20,000 nucleotides of DNA from Candidatus Limnocylindrales bacterium. GTDB lineage: Bacteria; Moduliflexota; Moduliflexia; Moduliflexales; JAUQPW01. The stretch is taken from the NCBI GenBank assembly GCA_035559535.1, contig DATMBG010000037.1, positions 112,475-132,474 of the forward strand. The letters run 5' to 3'. The position numbers and the translations under genes were made by a program. Positions 1-7,207 of the stretch are shown one piece after another. Numbering within the stretch: position 1 is the first letter of the stretch; every line of letters begins with the position of its first letter. Below the pieces are notes generated by a model that saw only the letters and a list, made by a program, of their open reading frames with translations, was not told the DNA's origin and did no database searches.

Positions 1-36
1 ATCATGGGGGGCTGGATAGTTACAATTTATTCATCC

Positions 37-774
37 ATGCGAGTTGATGGACGACAACCCAATAAACTAAGGCCTGTTAAGATTACCCGAAATTATATCA
101 AATATGCCGAGGGATCGGTATTGATAGAAGTCGGAGATACCAAAGTTATCTGTACGGCCAGTATTGAAGATAAAGTACCTCCGTTTCTGAAGAATACGGG
201 GGAAGGATGGATTACGGCAGAGTATGCCATGTTACCCAGGTCTTCAGATACACGCATTCCCCGGGATATTACCAAGGGAAAAATAGGTGGGAGAACCCAT
301 GAAATTCAGCGTCTTATCGGAAGGTCGTTAAGGGCGGTGGTGGATCTAACAAAATTAGGAGAACGTACTATCTGGCTGGACTGTGATGTAATCCAGGCCG
401 ATGGGGGTACCCGGACTGCTTCTATTACAGGTTGTTGCATTGCGTTGTTTGATGCCTTTACCACCCTGCGAAAGGCCGGAAAGTTAGATTCTCTACCTTT
501 ACTGGATTTTGTTGCTGCAACCAGTGTGGGTATCGTAAACGGCAAGGTCTTGTTAGATCTAAACTACGCCGAGGACTCGAAAGCTGAAGTGGATATGAAC
601 ATTGTGATGACAGGAAGCGGAAAGTTTGTGGAAATTCAGGGAACTGCAGAAAAGACTCCTTTCACCCCCGAGCAGATGAACGAGATGATTGCTCTGGGGA
701 CTCAAGGGGTGAAGGAGCTGATTCAAATCCAACGAAGCATCATTGGTCAAGGTTTGTTGGGTTCTTCCCTGTAA
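37..774 (+). CDS. rph: Ribonuclease PH (tRNA nucleotidyltransferase)
   Basis: Motifs [66 protein letters not shown] at 37 ([14 protein letters not shown]) matches the usual family N-terminus better than the ORF-track start at 4. Confidence 0.96.
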   Translation: MRVDGRQPNKLRPVKITRNYIKYAEGSVLIEVGDTKVICTASIEDKVPPFLKNTGEGWITAEYAMLPRSSDTRIPRDITKGKIGGRTHEIQRLIGRSLRAVVDLTKLGERTIWLDCDVIQADGGTRTASITGCCIALFDAFTTLRKAGKLDSLPLLDFVAATSVGIVNGKVLLDLNYAEDSKAEVDMNIVMTGSGKFVEIQGTAEKTPFTPEQMNEMIALGTQGVKELIQIQRSIIGQGLLGSSL

Positions 775-841
775 CCGATGAAGGTTACCTGCCGATTTGG
801 TGTCAGAATCCAACAAGAAAATAACCTGGCATGGGATTACC

Positions 842-930
842 ATTTATTCTAAAACGACCTGCACCGGCTCTTCCCCCCATAGGGGGCTCGTTGGACGTGG
901 AACAGAGCTGTGATTTATTCTAAAACGACC
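842..930. repeat. 18-bp direct repeat duplicating the 3' end of the biotin carrier gene, flanking a 53-bp imperfect palindrome
   Basis: ATTTATTCTAAAACGACC at 842-859 and 913-930; the second copy contains the last codons and TAA stop of the 915..1424 gene. Confidence 0.85.
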
Positions 931-1424
931 AGCGGTTCACCGGAATTCACGGCCATACCTTCGGAGACCTTGATTTCTTTCACAATGCCACGGGTCGAAG
1001 CACGAAGTTCATTCTCCATTTTCATGGCTTCCACCACCACCACCCCCTGACCTGCTTCCACCGGGTCCCCGACCTTCACCAGGAGCTTGATAACCTTTCC
1101 CGACATGGGGGCAGAAATAATCTGCTGGCCCGGTAAGGTGGAGGCCCTGGAGATTCTGAGTCGTTTACCGGCTTCATCCAAAATCTGAATGGAATACGTT
1201 TTTCCTTTCAGGTCCACCAGGTAGCTCCCCTCTGCTTTATAGACAAAGGCCTGGTAAGAACGACCCTGAATAATCAAAGAATAAAGCAGCGGGTCCAGTT
1301 GCCGGTAATCTACCACATATTCTTTATCCCCTATCTGAACTGTCCCAGTGGAACCGGCTGAATATTGGGCTTCTTTAATTTCCAGGGTATAAATCCGGTT
1401 GTTTACCAGAAGTTCCAGGGTCAT
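915..1424 (-). CDS. Biotin carboxyl carrier protein (BT-like linker domain plus biotinyl domain) of an acyl-CoA carboxylase
   Basis: C-terminal biotinyl domain APMSGKVIKLLV...VVVVEAMKMENEL with the AMKM biotinylation motif; 3 bp downstream of the biotin carboxylase gene. Confidence 0.93.
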   Translation of the reverse strand: MTLELLVNNRIYTLEIKEAQYSAGSTGTVQIGDKEYVVDYRQLDPLLYSLIIQGRSYQAFVYKAEGSYLVDLKGKTYSIQILDEAGKRLRISRASTLPGQQIISAPMSGKVIKLLVKVGDPVEAGQGVVVVEAMKMENELRASTRGIVKEIKVSEGMAVNSGEPLVVLE

Positions 1425-1427
1425 CCT

Positions 1428-2957
1428 CTAAAATCCCCGTCTTAACGCCTGTTGTCGACCTATCCATTTCCAGGGGTTCAAGATATTCCGATCGGTTGAA
1501 GGAGTAAGTGGGGAAGAGTCTTTTCGGTTTTTATAGGCCAAAAAAGCAGCTATTAGCGCGACATCCCGAAGTTCATCGGCATCCGTTTCCTCCTGGAGGG
1601 GATACCCGGCTGAGCCATCCAGAAATTGAGAGTCGATAAAATGGGTATGAAAATTTCCGGCGATAAAGTGGGGATTCTTCATCACCTTTTTGTGGAAAGG
1701 GATCGTAGTTTTAATTCCTAGAACCTTAAATTCATCCAGGGCCCGGGACATTCTTTGAAGGACTTCCTGGCGGTCACGTCCCCAAACGATTAACTTGGCG
1801 ATCATGGAGTCGTAATATACGGAGATCTCATCTCCCTGGAAGGTTCCACTATCAACCCGGATCCAGGGTCCAAGGGGAGGTTGTAAAACTAGAATTTTAC
1901 CGGGGGAAGGCATAAAGTGATTTTCCGGGTCTTCAGCGTAAATCCGACACTCCATGGCAGCCCCGTTTAACCGGATTTCCTCCTGGGAGTAGGAGAGTCT
2001 TTCCCCGGCGGCTATTCTAAGCTGCTCCTTGACCAGATCGATTCCCGTCACCATTTCGGTTACCGGATGCTCGACCTGCAATCGGGTATTCATCTCCAGG
2101 AAATAAAAATTCTTGTTCTTATCTACTAAAAATTCAAGGGTTCCGGCGTTGTAATACCCTGCGGCCAGGGCTGCTTTTACTGCTGTTTTGCCCATCCTTT
2201 GACGCAGGTCTGGATCTACAATGACCGAGGGGGATTCTTCGATAAGCTTTTGATGTCGACGCTGGATAGAACATTCCCTTTCTCCCAGATAAACCATTTT
2301 CCCGTACTTATCCCCCAGAACCTGAATTTCTATGTGTCGGGGCTCTTCGATATATTTTTCCAGATACACAGAGGGATCCCCAAAGGCAGATCGGGCTTCG
2401 GAGCGAGCACTTCTCAGGGCACTCTCCATATCCCGGGAGTTCCGGACAATACGCATACCTTTTCCGCCGCCCCCCGCAGCCGCCTTGATAACAACAGGAA
2501 ATCCTATCTCTTCGGCCAGGCGCATGGCCATACGGTCGTCTTCAATTACATCTTCTGTCCCCGGAACTACCGGAACCCCCTCCTGAAGAGCTATCTTCCT
2601 GGCCGCCGTTTTATTTCCCATCGCCTGGATAGCCTGACTGGATGGACCGATAAAAACCACTCCTTCTTCCTCACATCTTCGAGCAAAGGTTGCGTTCTCG
2701 GATAAGAATCCATATCCCGGATGAATTGCTTCGACTTTGGTCGCTCGTGCAATCTCCAGAATTTTTTCTATATTGAGGTAGCTCTGAATCGCCGGAGGCG
2801 GACCGACGCAATAGGCTTCGTCGGCATATCGTACGTGAAGGGCCTTACGATCTGCTTCGGAATAAATGGCGACTGTTGTAATCTCCAGATCCCTGCAGGC
2901 CCTGATAATCCTCAGAGCAATTTCCCCACGGTTGGCAATAAGAATTTTTTTGAACAT
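1428..2957 (-). CDS. accC: Biotin carboxylase subunit of an acetyl/propionyl/methylcrotonyl-CoA carboxylase
   Basis: KILIANRGEIA, IHPGYGFLSEN, KAAAGGGGKGMR, ERECSIQRRHQK, FLEMNTRLQVEHPVTE, YYDSMIAKLIV. A C-terminal extension (ALIAAFLAY...NPWKWIGR) resembles split PccA/MccA-type alpha subunits, so the substrate is uncertain. Confidence 0.93.
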   Translation of the reverse strand: MFKKILIANRGEIALRIIRACRDLEITTVAIYSEADRKALHVRYADEAYCVGPPPAIQSYLNIEKILEIARATKVEAIHPGYGFLSENATFARRCEEEGVVFIGPSSQAIQAMGNKTAARKIALQEGVPVVPGTEDVIEDDRMAMRLAEEIGFPVVIKAAAGGGGKGMRIVRNSRDMESALRSARSEARSAFGDPSVYLEKYIEEPRHIEIQVLGDKYGKMVYLGERECSIQRRHQKLIEESPSVIVDPDLRQRMGKTAVKAALAAGYYNAGTLEFLVDKNKNFYFLEMNTRLQVEHPVTEMVTGIDLVKEQLRIAAGERLSYSQEEIRLNGAAMECRIYAEDPENHFMPSPGKILVLQPPLGPWIRVDSGTFQGDEISVYYDSMIAKLIVWGRDRQEVLQRMSRALDEFKVLGIKTTIPFHKKVMKNPHFIAGNFHTHFIDSQFLDGSAGYPLQEETDADELRDVALIAAFLAYKNRKDSSPLTPSTDRNILNPWKWIGRQQALRRGF

Positions 2958-3104
2958 GACCGGTAACCCTCTACTTTACAACCAGGATATGATACTTCCT
3001 AAGCTTAGACCCATTCCGGGGCAATAGCCTTTAATAACGGTGCAGTTGTCATCAAAGTACTATACGCTTTGGAAAGCTTCAAGTAAATTTTTTCTATAAA
3101 GATA

Positions 3105-3379
3105 ATCCAGAAAGTGGGAAAGAGGCCCCCCAGGCCTTGGTAAACTAACACGCCCTTCCTGTCGAGGGATTCAGAATTCAGAATTTTCTTCAAGCTTCCT
3201 GGCCGTGTCCTGTTAGACAGGTTGCCCTGCCGGGGCTGACCTTTTCCCTTCAGTCAGGGTTTCCCAGGTCTTATCGGCCTTAACCGTCGTTTTGTGGGTT
3301 CCTTCCCATCTAACAAAGTGTTTTCTTCAATGAAGCCTATACGGTTGCTTTTCCACCTCCTTCCCGGTAAGCACCGTAT
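3105..3379 (-). ncRNA. Candidate structured, GGA-rich small RNA or long 5' leader (sigma54-type promoter)
   Basis: No credible ORF. 5' hairpin ATACGGT-GCTT...AAGC-A-ACCGTAT (3379-3339); long-range stem TGTTAGATGGG/CCTGTCTAACA (3315-3305 with 3221-3211); about 9-10 GGA motifs; 3' hairpin AGGCC-TGGG-GGCCT followed by a pyrimidine tract. 3' boundary approximate. Confidence 0.45.
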
Positions 3380-3389
3380 CTTTTTACAG

Positions 3390-3405
3390 AGCAAATTTTA
3401 TGCTA
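3390..3405 (-). promoter_or_regulatory. Putative sigma54 (-24/-12) promoter
   Basis: Minus strand TAGCATAAAATTTGCT vs consensus TGGCAC-N5-TTGC(A/T): exact spacing and TTGCT -12 box, but AG instead of GG at -25/-24. Predicted +1 = 3379. Confidence 0.5.
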
Positions 3406-3444
3406 TATTCCCAAAGGGAGACTTTATTTGTAAAAGGGATCTTT

Positions 3445-3457
3445 TTTCAATAACTTA
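3445..3457 (+). promoter_or_regulatory. Putative IHF binding site
   Basis: TTTCAATAACTTA vs WATCAANNNNTTR (one mismatch) in an AT-rich tract between the palindromic sites and the -24/-12 element. Confidence 0.4.
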
Positions 3458-3487
3458 TAAAAAATTATTTTAGGGAAGCCTTCTTTC

Positions 3488-3579
3488 TGTCTTGCTAAAG
3501 GAGACAATAAAAGAGCTATAGAGACCTACAAGTTATTTTTTATTAAATAATTGTTTGATGTCTCAGTTTCTAAGACATC
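3488..3579. promoter_or_regulatory. Two TGTCT-N9-AGACA palindromes (candidate enhancer-binding-protein UAS)
   Basis: TGTCT-TGCTAAAGG-AGACA (3488-3506) and GATGTCT-CAGTTTCTA-AGACATC (3557-3579): identical half-sites and spacing, about 110-200 bp upstream of the predicted +1. Confidence 0.6.
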
Positions 3580-3607
3580 TTTCTCCCTGAGAGAGATCTT
3601 TATTTTC

Positions 3608-3636
3608 TTGACAATTCAGACCGGGAATATTAGTTT
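3608..3636 (+). promoter_or_regulatory. Putative sigma70-type promoter for the thrC-like/sulfur-carrier operon
   Basis: TTGACA (3608-3613), 17 bp, TAGTTT (3631-3636). Confidence 0.55.
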
Positions 3637-3642
3637 TCACAT

Positions 3643-3669
3643 AAATCCTTATCCAGAATAGATAGATTT
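3643..3669. promoter_or_regulatory. Imperfect palindrome at the predicted start site; candidate repressor operator (possibly Rrf2/CymR type)
   Basis: AAATCCTTATC-CAGAATA-GATAGATTT; AT-rich dyad immediately downstream of the -10 box, upstream of probable sulfur-amino-acid genes. Confidence 0.3.
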
Positions 3670-3812
3670 TCCCAAGAAACTTATGGAAATGACAGAATTC
3701 TTTAACCCTACAGGATGACCGAAGGGAACTTACCGATATAAGCGTTTCTGGGATGATCCTCCTTTTAAACCGTGGAAAGCGGTAGAGGTGTCTGTATTGC
3801 TTAATTTTATAA

Positions 3813-3873
3813 ATTGTTCAGTGTCCGTTGCAAGGAACAGCAGACAACGGACAAAGGACAATGGATAGCGGAC
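3813..3873. repeat. Heptamer-repeat palindrome (GGACAAn units)
   Basis: ATTGTTC-AG-TGTCCGTTG (3813-3830) pairs with CAACGGACA-AA-GGACAAT (3845-3862); 7-nt periodic units AGACAAC/GGACAAA/GGACAAT/GGATAGC. Confidence 0.7.
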
Positions 3874-3875
3874 CG

Positions 3876-5135
3876 ATGAGTTACGTACGTGGATTAAAGT
3901 GTCGGGAATGTGGGCGAGAATATCCTAAGGAACCCTTACATGTCTGCGAGTTTTGTTTCGGACCATTGGAAGTTGTTTATAATTATGAAGAGATCAAACG
4001 GAATATCAGTAAGGAGAAAATTGCCGAGCGGCAGAAGAACATGTGGCGGTATAAGGAGCTCCTCCCTTTAGAAAAAGACAGCGGAATCGGTATCGATATC
4101 GGATTTACGCCGTTAATTCGTGCCCATAACCTGGCTCAGGCTCTGGGAGTTTCTGAACTTTATCTTAAAAATGATGCGGCCAATTATCCGACCCTCTCCT
4201 TCAAAGATCGGGTTGTATCGGTAGCCTTGTCCAAGGCCAAAGAGTTCGGCTTTGATACCGTTGCCTGTGCATCTACCGGAAATCTGGCGAATTCAGTGGC
4301 AGCCATTGCAGCAGCCAGTAGCCTTCGTAGCTTTGTTTTTATCCCCTATGACCTGGAGCAGGGAAAAGTTCTTGGAACCATGATCTACGGGACCAATTTA
4401 GTAGGCATCAGGGGAAGCTACGATGAAGTCAACCGCCTGTGTAGCGAGATTGCCGGTAAATACGGTTGGGCCTTCGTCAACATCAACCTGCGCCCTTACT
4501 ATGCTGAAGGTTCTAAAACCTTTGGCTACGAAATTGCCGAACAACTGGGGTGGAAGGTTCCCAAACATATCGTGGTTCCCATGGCAGGTGGATCTCTCAT
4601 TACCAAGGTCTGGAAAGCCTTTAAGGAGCTGGAAAAGCTGGGTTTTGTTTCCGAGGTGGATACTAAAGTTTATGGCGCCCAGGCGACGGGGTGTGCACCT
4701 ATTGTGACTGCCGTTAAGAAGAAAAGCGAGCTGATTACCCCTGTTAAACCGTCTACCATTGCCAAATCCCTGGCTATCGGTAATCCCGCCGATGGCTTTT
4801 ATGCCATGGGAGTAATCCGAGAAAGTGGCGGCTGGGCCGAGGATGTATCCGATGAAGAAATCATCCAGGCCATGAAACTTTTAGCTGAAACCGAAGGAAT
4901 TTTCACAGAAACTGCCGGTGGCGTCACATTGGGGGTGACCAAGAAACTCCTGGACCAGGGAGTCATTCCCCGAGATGAATCCATTGTGGTCTCCATTACA
5001 GGAAATGGTCTAAAAACCCAGGAGGTGGTCATAGATCGTGTGGGTAAACCCATCGTCATTGAAGCTAAGCTCTCCCAATTTGATGCCCTTTATAAAGAAA
5101 AAGGGGGCAGAAAATCCATTAACCACGAAGAATAA
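3876..5135 (+). CDS. thrC: Threonine synthase-like fold-type II PLP enzyme (possibly a sulfur-carrier-dependent O-phosphohomoserine sulfhydrylase)
   Basis: N-terminal CRECG...CEFCFGPL zinc ribbon, PTLSFKDR (PLP lysine), CASTGNLANS, AKSLAIGNPADG, EGIFTETAGG, ITGNGLK. Start placed at ATG 3876 because the 3828-3875 extension is translated repeat. Family is secure; the reaction is not. Confidence 0.85.
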   Translation: MSYVRGLKCRECGREYPKEPLHVCEFCFGPLEVVYNYEEIKRNISKEKIAERQKNMWRYKELLPLEKDSGIGIDIGFTPLIRAHNLAQALGVSELYLKNDAANYPTLSFKDRVVSVALSKAKEFGFDTVACASTGNLANSVAAIAAASSLRSFVFIPYDLEQGKVLGTMIYGTNLVGIRGSYDEVNRLCSEIAGKYGWAFVNINLRPYYAEGSKTFGYEIAEQLGWKVPKHIVVPMAGGSLITKVWKAFKELEKLGFVSEVDTKVYGAQATGCAPIVTAVKKKSELITPVKPSTIAKSLAIGNPADGFYAMGVIRESGGWAEDVSDEEIIQAMKLLAETEGIFTETAGGVTLGVTKKLLDQGVIPRDESIVVSITGNGLKTQEVVIDRVGKPIVIEAKLSQFDALYKEKGGRKSINHEE

Positions 5136-5137
5136 AA

Positions 5138-5201
5138 GATAGAAGATCAAAGGTCGAGGATAAAGCCTGTAGGAACTATCTTCCCTGCTTGATCTTCTAT
5201 C
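5138..5201. repeat. Intergenic heptamer-type palindrome
   Basis: GATAGAAGATCAA (5138-5150) is a perfect 13-bp inverted repeat of TTGATCTTCTATC (5189-5201), with further imperfect inner pairing. Confidence 0.8.
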
Positions 5202-5212
5202 CTCAAAGAGTT

Positions 5213-5728
5213 ATGAGCGTGATTGTCAGAATTCCAACGCCTTTAAGGAAATTAGCCGGGGGAAACGCCGAAGTTGAAGTTCAAGGAAGCACCATTTCTG
5301 AAGTTATCGACAATCTGGAAAAGTCCTATCCAGGGCTCAAGGAGCGGATCTGCGATGAAAAAGGAGCCATACGTAGGTTTGTAAATATCTACGTTCGGGA
5401 GGAAGATATTCGGTTCCTTAAAAATATGGAAACCGAGGTAAAAGACGGAGATGTGGTCTCGATTGTACCGGCCATTGCCGGAGGTGCTATAGAAAAAAGA
5501 CGGGTTTATTTAACTTTTCCTAAGGAGTTGGTTAAAGAGCCGTTGATTTATCGGGTAGGACATAAATTTGAAGTGGTTACCAACATCCGTCAGGCCAGCG
5601 TTTCCGATGAAATCGGACTTGTAGCTCTGGAGCTGGAAGGTGAACGAGAGGAAATTAAGAAAGCCATTGCCTACTTCCAGGAACAGGGGGTGAAGGTAGA
5701 ACCTATCGAGATGGATGTAATCGAGTAA
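5213..5728 (+). CDS. Ubiquitin-like sulfur carrier (MoaD/ThiS/CysO type) fused to a C-terminal NIL domain
   Basis: Residues 1-91: VRIPTPLRKL...RRFVNIYVREEDIRFL...VSIVPAIAGG (beta-grasp sulfur carrier). Residues 92-171: RVYLTFPKELVKEPLIY...FEVVTNIRQASV...GLVALELEG (NIL domain). No stop after GG (5480-5485). Confidence 0.88.
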   Translation: MSVIVRIPTPLRKLAGGNAEVEVQGSTISEVIDNLEKSYPGLKERICDEKGAIRRFVNIYVREEDIRFLKNMETEVKDGDVVSIVPAIAGGAIEKRRVYLTFPKELVKEPLIYRVGHKFEVVTNIRQASVSDEIGLVALELEGEREEIKKAIAYFQEQGVKVEPIEMDVIE

Positions 5729-5748
5729 TTTTTAACCAACCATTCCCT

Positions 5749-5815
5749 GAATTTCACGAATTTTATCCTCCCAATTCGTGAAATTCTCTCCTTCTCCCCT
5801 TCTCCCCTTCTCCTT
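5749..5815. repeat. Perfect 14-bp inverted repeat followed by (TTCTCCCC)n units; may also act as terminator or 3' stabiliser
   Basis: GAATTTCACGAATT (5749-5762), 10-nt loop, AATTCGTGAAATTC (5773-5786), then TTCTCTCC TTCTCCCC TTCTCCCC TTCTCCTT. Confidence 0.75.
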
Positions 5816-5839
5816 ACCTCGAAGATAAATTTTTTCTGC

Positions 5840-5868
5840 TTGACATTCCTATCTTGTCTGTTTATGAA
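5840..5868 (+). promoter_or_regulatory. Putative sigma70-type promoter for the ABC operon
   Basis: TTGACA (5840-5845), 17 bp, TATGAA (5863-5868). Confidence 0.45.
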
Positions 5869-6110
5869 AGAGTTATATCCCTTCACCACGAAAATAGGAC
5901 CTGATCAGACAGGATGATCCTGACCTTACCTCCCATTTCCCTCTCCTGAAACCTCCAAAGAGGGAGCGTGAGGGGAGAGAGGATAGGCCCTCTGGGATTG
6001 TCCTTACAGGTGATGGGGCATTTCAATGGGAAAGGGTATTCATCGTTCTTCATTAACTTTTCTACTTACTTCCTCACCCCATTTAAGTATAACTTTAAAG
6101 GAGGAAAGGC

Positions 6111-7091
6111 ATGAGACGAGTTATTTTAAGTTTGCTTTGTGGGCTTTTAGTAAGTTCTGTGATAAGTGATGGTTTGGCGGCAGAGAAAAAATTAAAATTT
6201 GCCTTTGTAGCCGGAGTAGCAGACCCCTTTTACTTCACCATGGAAAAAGGAATCCGAAAAAAGGCTCAGGAATTAGGGGTTGATCTGGTTGTTTCAGAGT
6301 ATCCAAAAGCCTGGGGACCGGAAGTGCAGGTTCCTATCCTGGAAGCGGTTGCGGCCCGTGGAGATATCGATTTGATTATGACCGCTCCGACCTCCACCGA
6401 GGCGTTGATTCCGGTCCTTAAAAAAATCCACGATCAGGGGATCGAGATCATTACCGTGGATACCTTCATCGGAGATGGGGATTATACCAAGGAAAGTAAT
6501 TATAGCTTCCCTCTGGCTTATATTGGAACAGACAATAAATTGGGCGGCATCCAGGTTGCCGAACGGCTGGCCAAAATGATCGGTGAAAAGGGGAAGGTCT
6601 ATATTAATACCACAAATCCCGACGTCTCCAGTGTAAGGGATCGGGTCGAAGGGTTTAAGGAAGGGATCAAAAAATATCCCAACATTGAGCTGGTAGGAAT
6701 AGATTACAATCTAGATAGTCAGGAAAAGGCCCAGGCTCAAACTTTAGCCAAGCTTCAGGCTAATCCAGATATTGTAGGGATCTTCGGAACTAATCTGTTC
6801 AGCGCCCAGGGGGTTTATCAGGCTGTGGTCAATGCAGGCCTGACAGGTACCGTAAAGATCGCTTCCTGGGATGCTACCCAGGATTTGATCAATGCTCTCA
6901 AAAAAGGTCAGGTGGATCTGGTACTGGCACAACTCCCGGCTGAAATAGGTAGCCTGGCAGTGGAATGGGGTTATAAGTATTTTAAGGATAAGACTCCGAT
7001 TCCTAATAAAAGGGTCGTCCCCGGTTTCCAGTTCTTTACCAAAGAAAACGTGAATGACCCTGAGATGCAGCAGTATATCTATTCCAAATAG
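6111..7091 (+). CDS. Sugar ABC transporter substrate-binding protein (RbsB-like, CUT2)
   Basis: Signal peptide MRRVILSLLCGLLVSS...LAA; DPFYFTMEKG, YIGTDNKLGG, DRVEGFKEG, KIASWDA, LAQLPAEIG; strong SD AAAGGAGG. Confidence 0.92.
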   Translation: MRRVILSLLCGLLVSSVISDGLAAEKKLKFAFVAGVADPFYFTMEKGIRKKAQELGVDLVVSEYPKAWGPEVQVPILEAVAARGDIDLIMTAPTSTEALIPVLKKIHDQGIEIITVDTFIGDGDYTKESNYSFPLAYIGTDNKLGGIQVAERLAKMIGEKGKVYINTTNPDVSSVRDRVEGFKEGIKKYPNIELVGIDYNLDSQEKAQAQTLAKLQANPDIVGIFGTNLFSAQGVYQAVVNAGLTGTVKIASWDATQDLINALKKGQVDLVLAQLPAEIGSLAVEWGYKYFKDKTPIPNKRVVPGFQFFTKENVNDPEMQQYIYSK

Positions 7092-7096
7092 GGGAT

Positions 7097-7182
7097 AATG
7101 GGCAGTGGATCATAAGTCTTAAAAAGGGAAGGTCCTGAGGGGTCTATTGGTCCCTTCTCCCCCTGTGGATCCACCGCCCATT
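7097..7182 (+). other. Long intercistronic stem-loop between binding-protein and permease genes
   Basis: AATGGGCAGTGGATC (7097-7111) / GATCCACCGCCCATT (7168-7182), 14 of 15 complementary, plus inner purine/pyrimidine pairing. Confidence 0.7.
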
Positions 7183-7207
7183 GTCTACTACCCCCGGTAC
7201 AATCACC

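Noticed and set aside
2199-2966. Antisense and alternate-frame ORFs over accC (and similar ones over rph, thrC, the ABC genes, hpf, the dehydratase and atpA/D/G/H)
   Set aside because: They overlap well-supported genes, have no recognisable motifs or SD sites, and are expected shadow ORFs.
3005-3193. 62-aa minus-strand ORF upstream of accC
   Set aside because: TTG start, no recognisable motif, overlaps heptamer repeats and hairpins; more likely non-coding, though not excluded.
3648-3760. SAM-I riboswitch upstream of the thrC-like gene (begins CTTATCCAGA)
   Set aside because: Only the P1 5' strand resembles SAM-I; the GAGGGA.nGGCCC kink-turn/pseudoknot, GCAACC and GTGC elements are absent.
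3828-3875. Longer N-terminus of the ThrC-like protein (likewise 5189-5212 for the sulfur carrier)
   Set aside because: These extensions are translations of intergenic repeat palindromes; family-typical starts are at 3876 and 5213.
5480-5500. Independent start for the NIL domain using GGAGGT (the Gly-Gly codons) as SD
   Set aside because: No in-frame ATG, GTG or TTG at SD distance (GCT ATA GAA AAA AGA follow), so a true fusion is the simpler reading.
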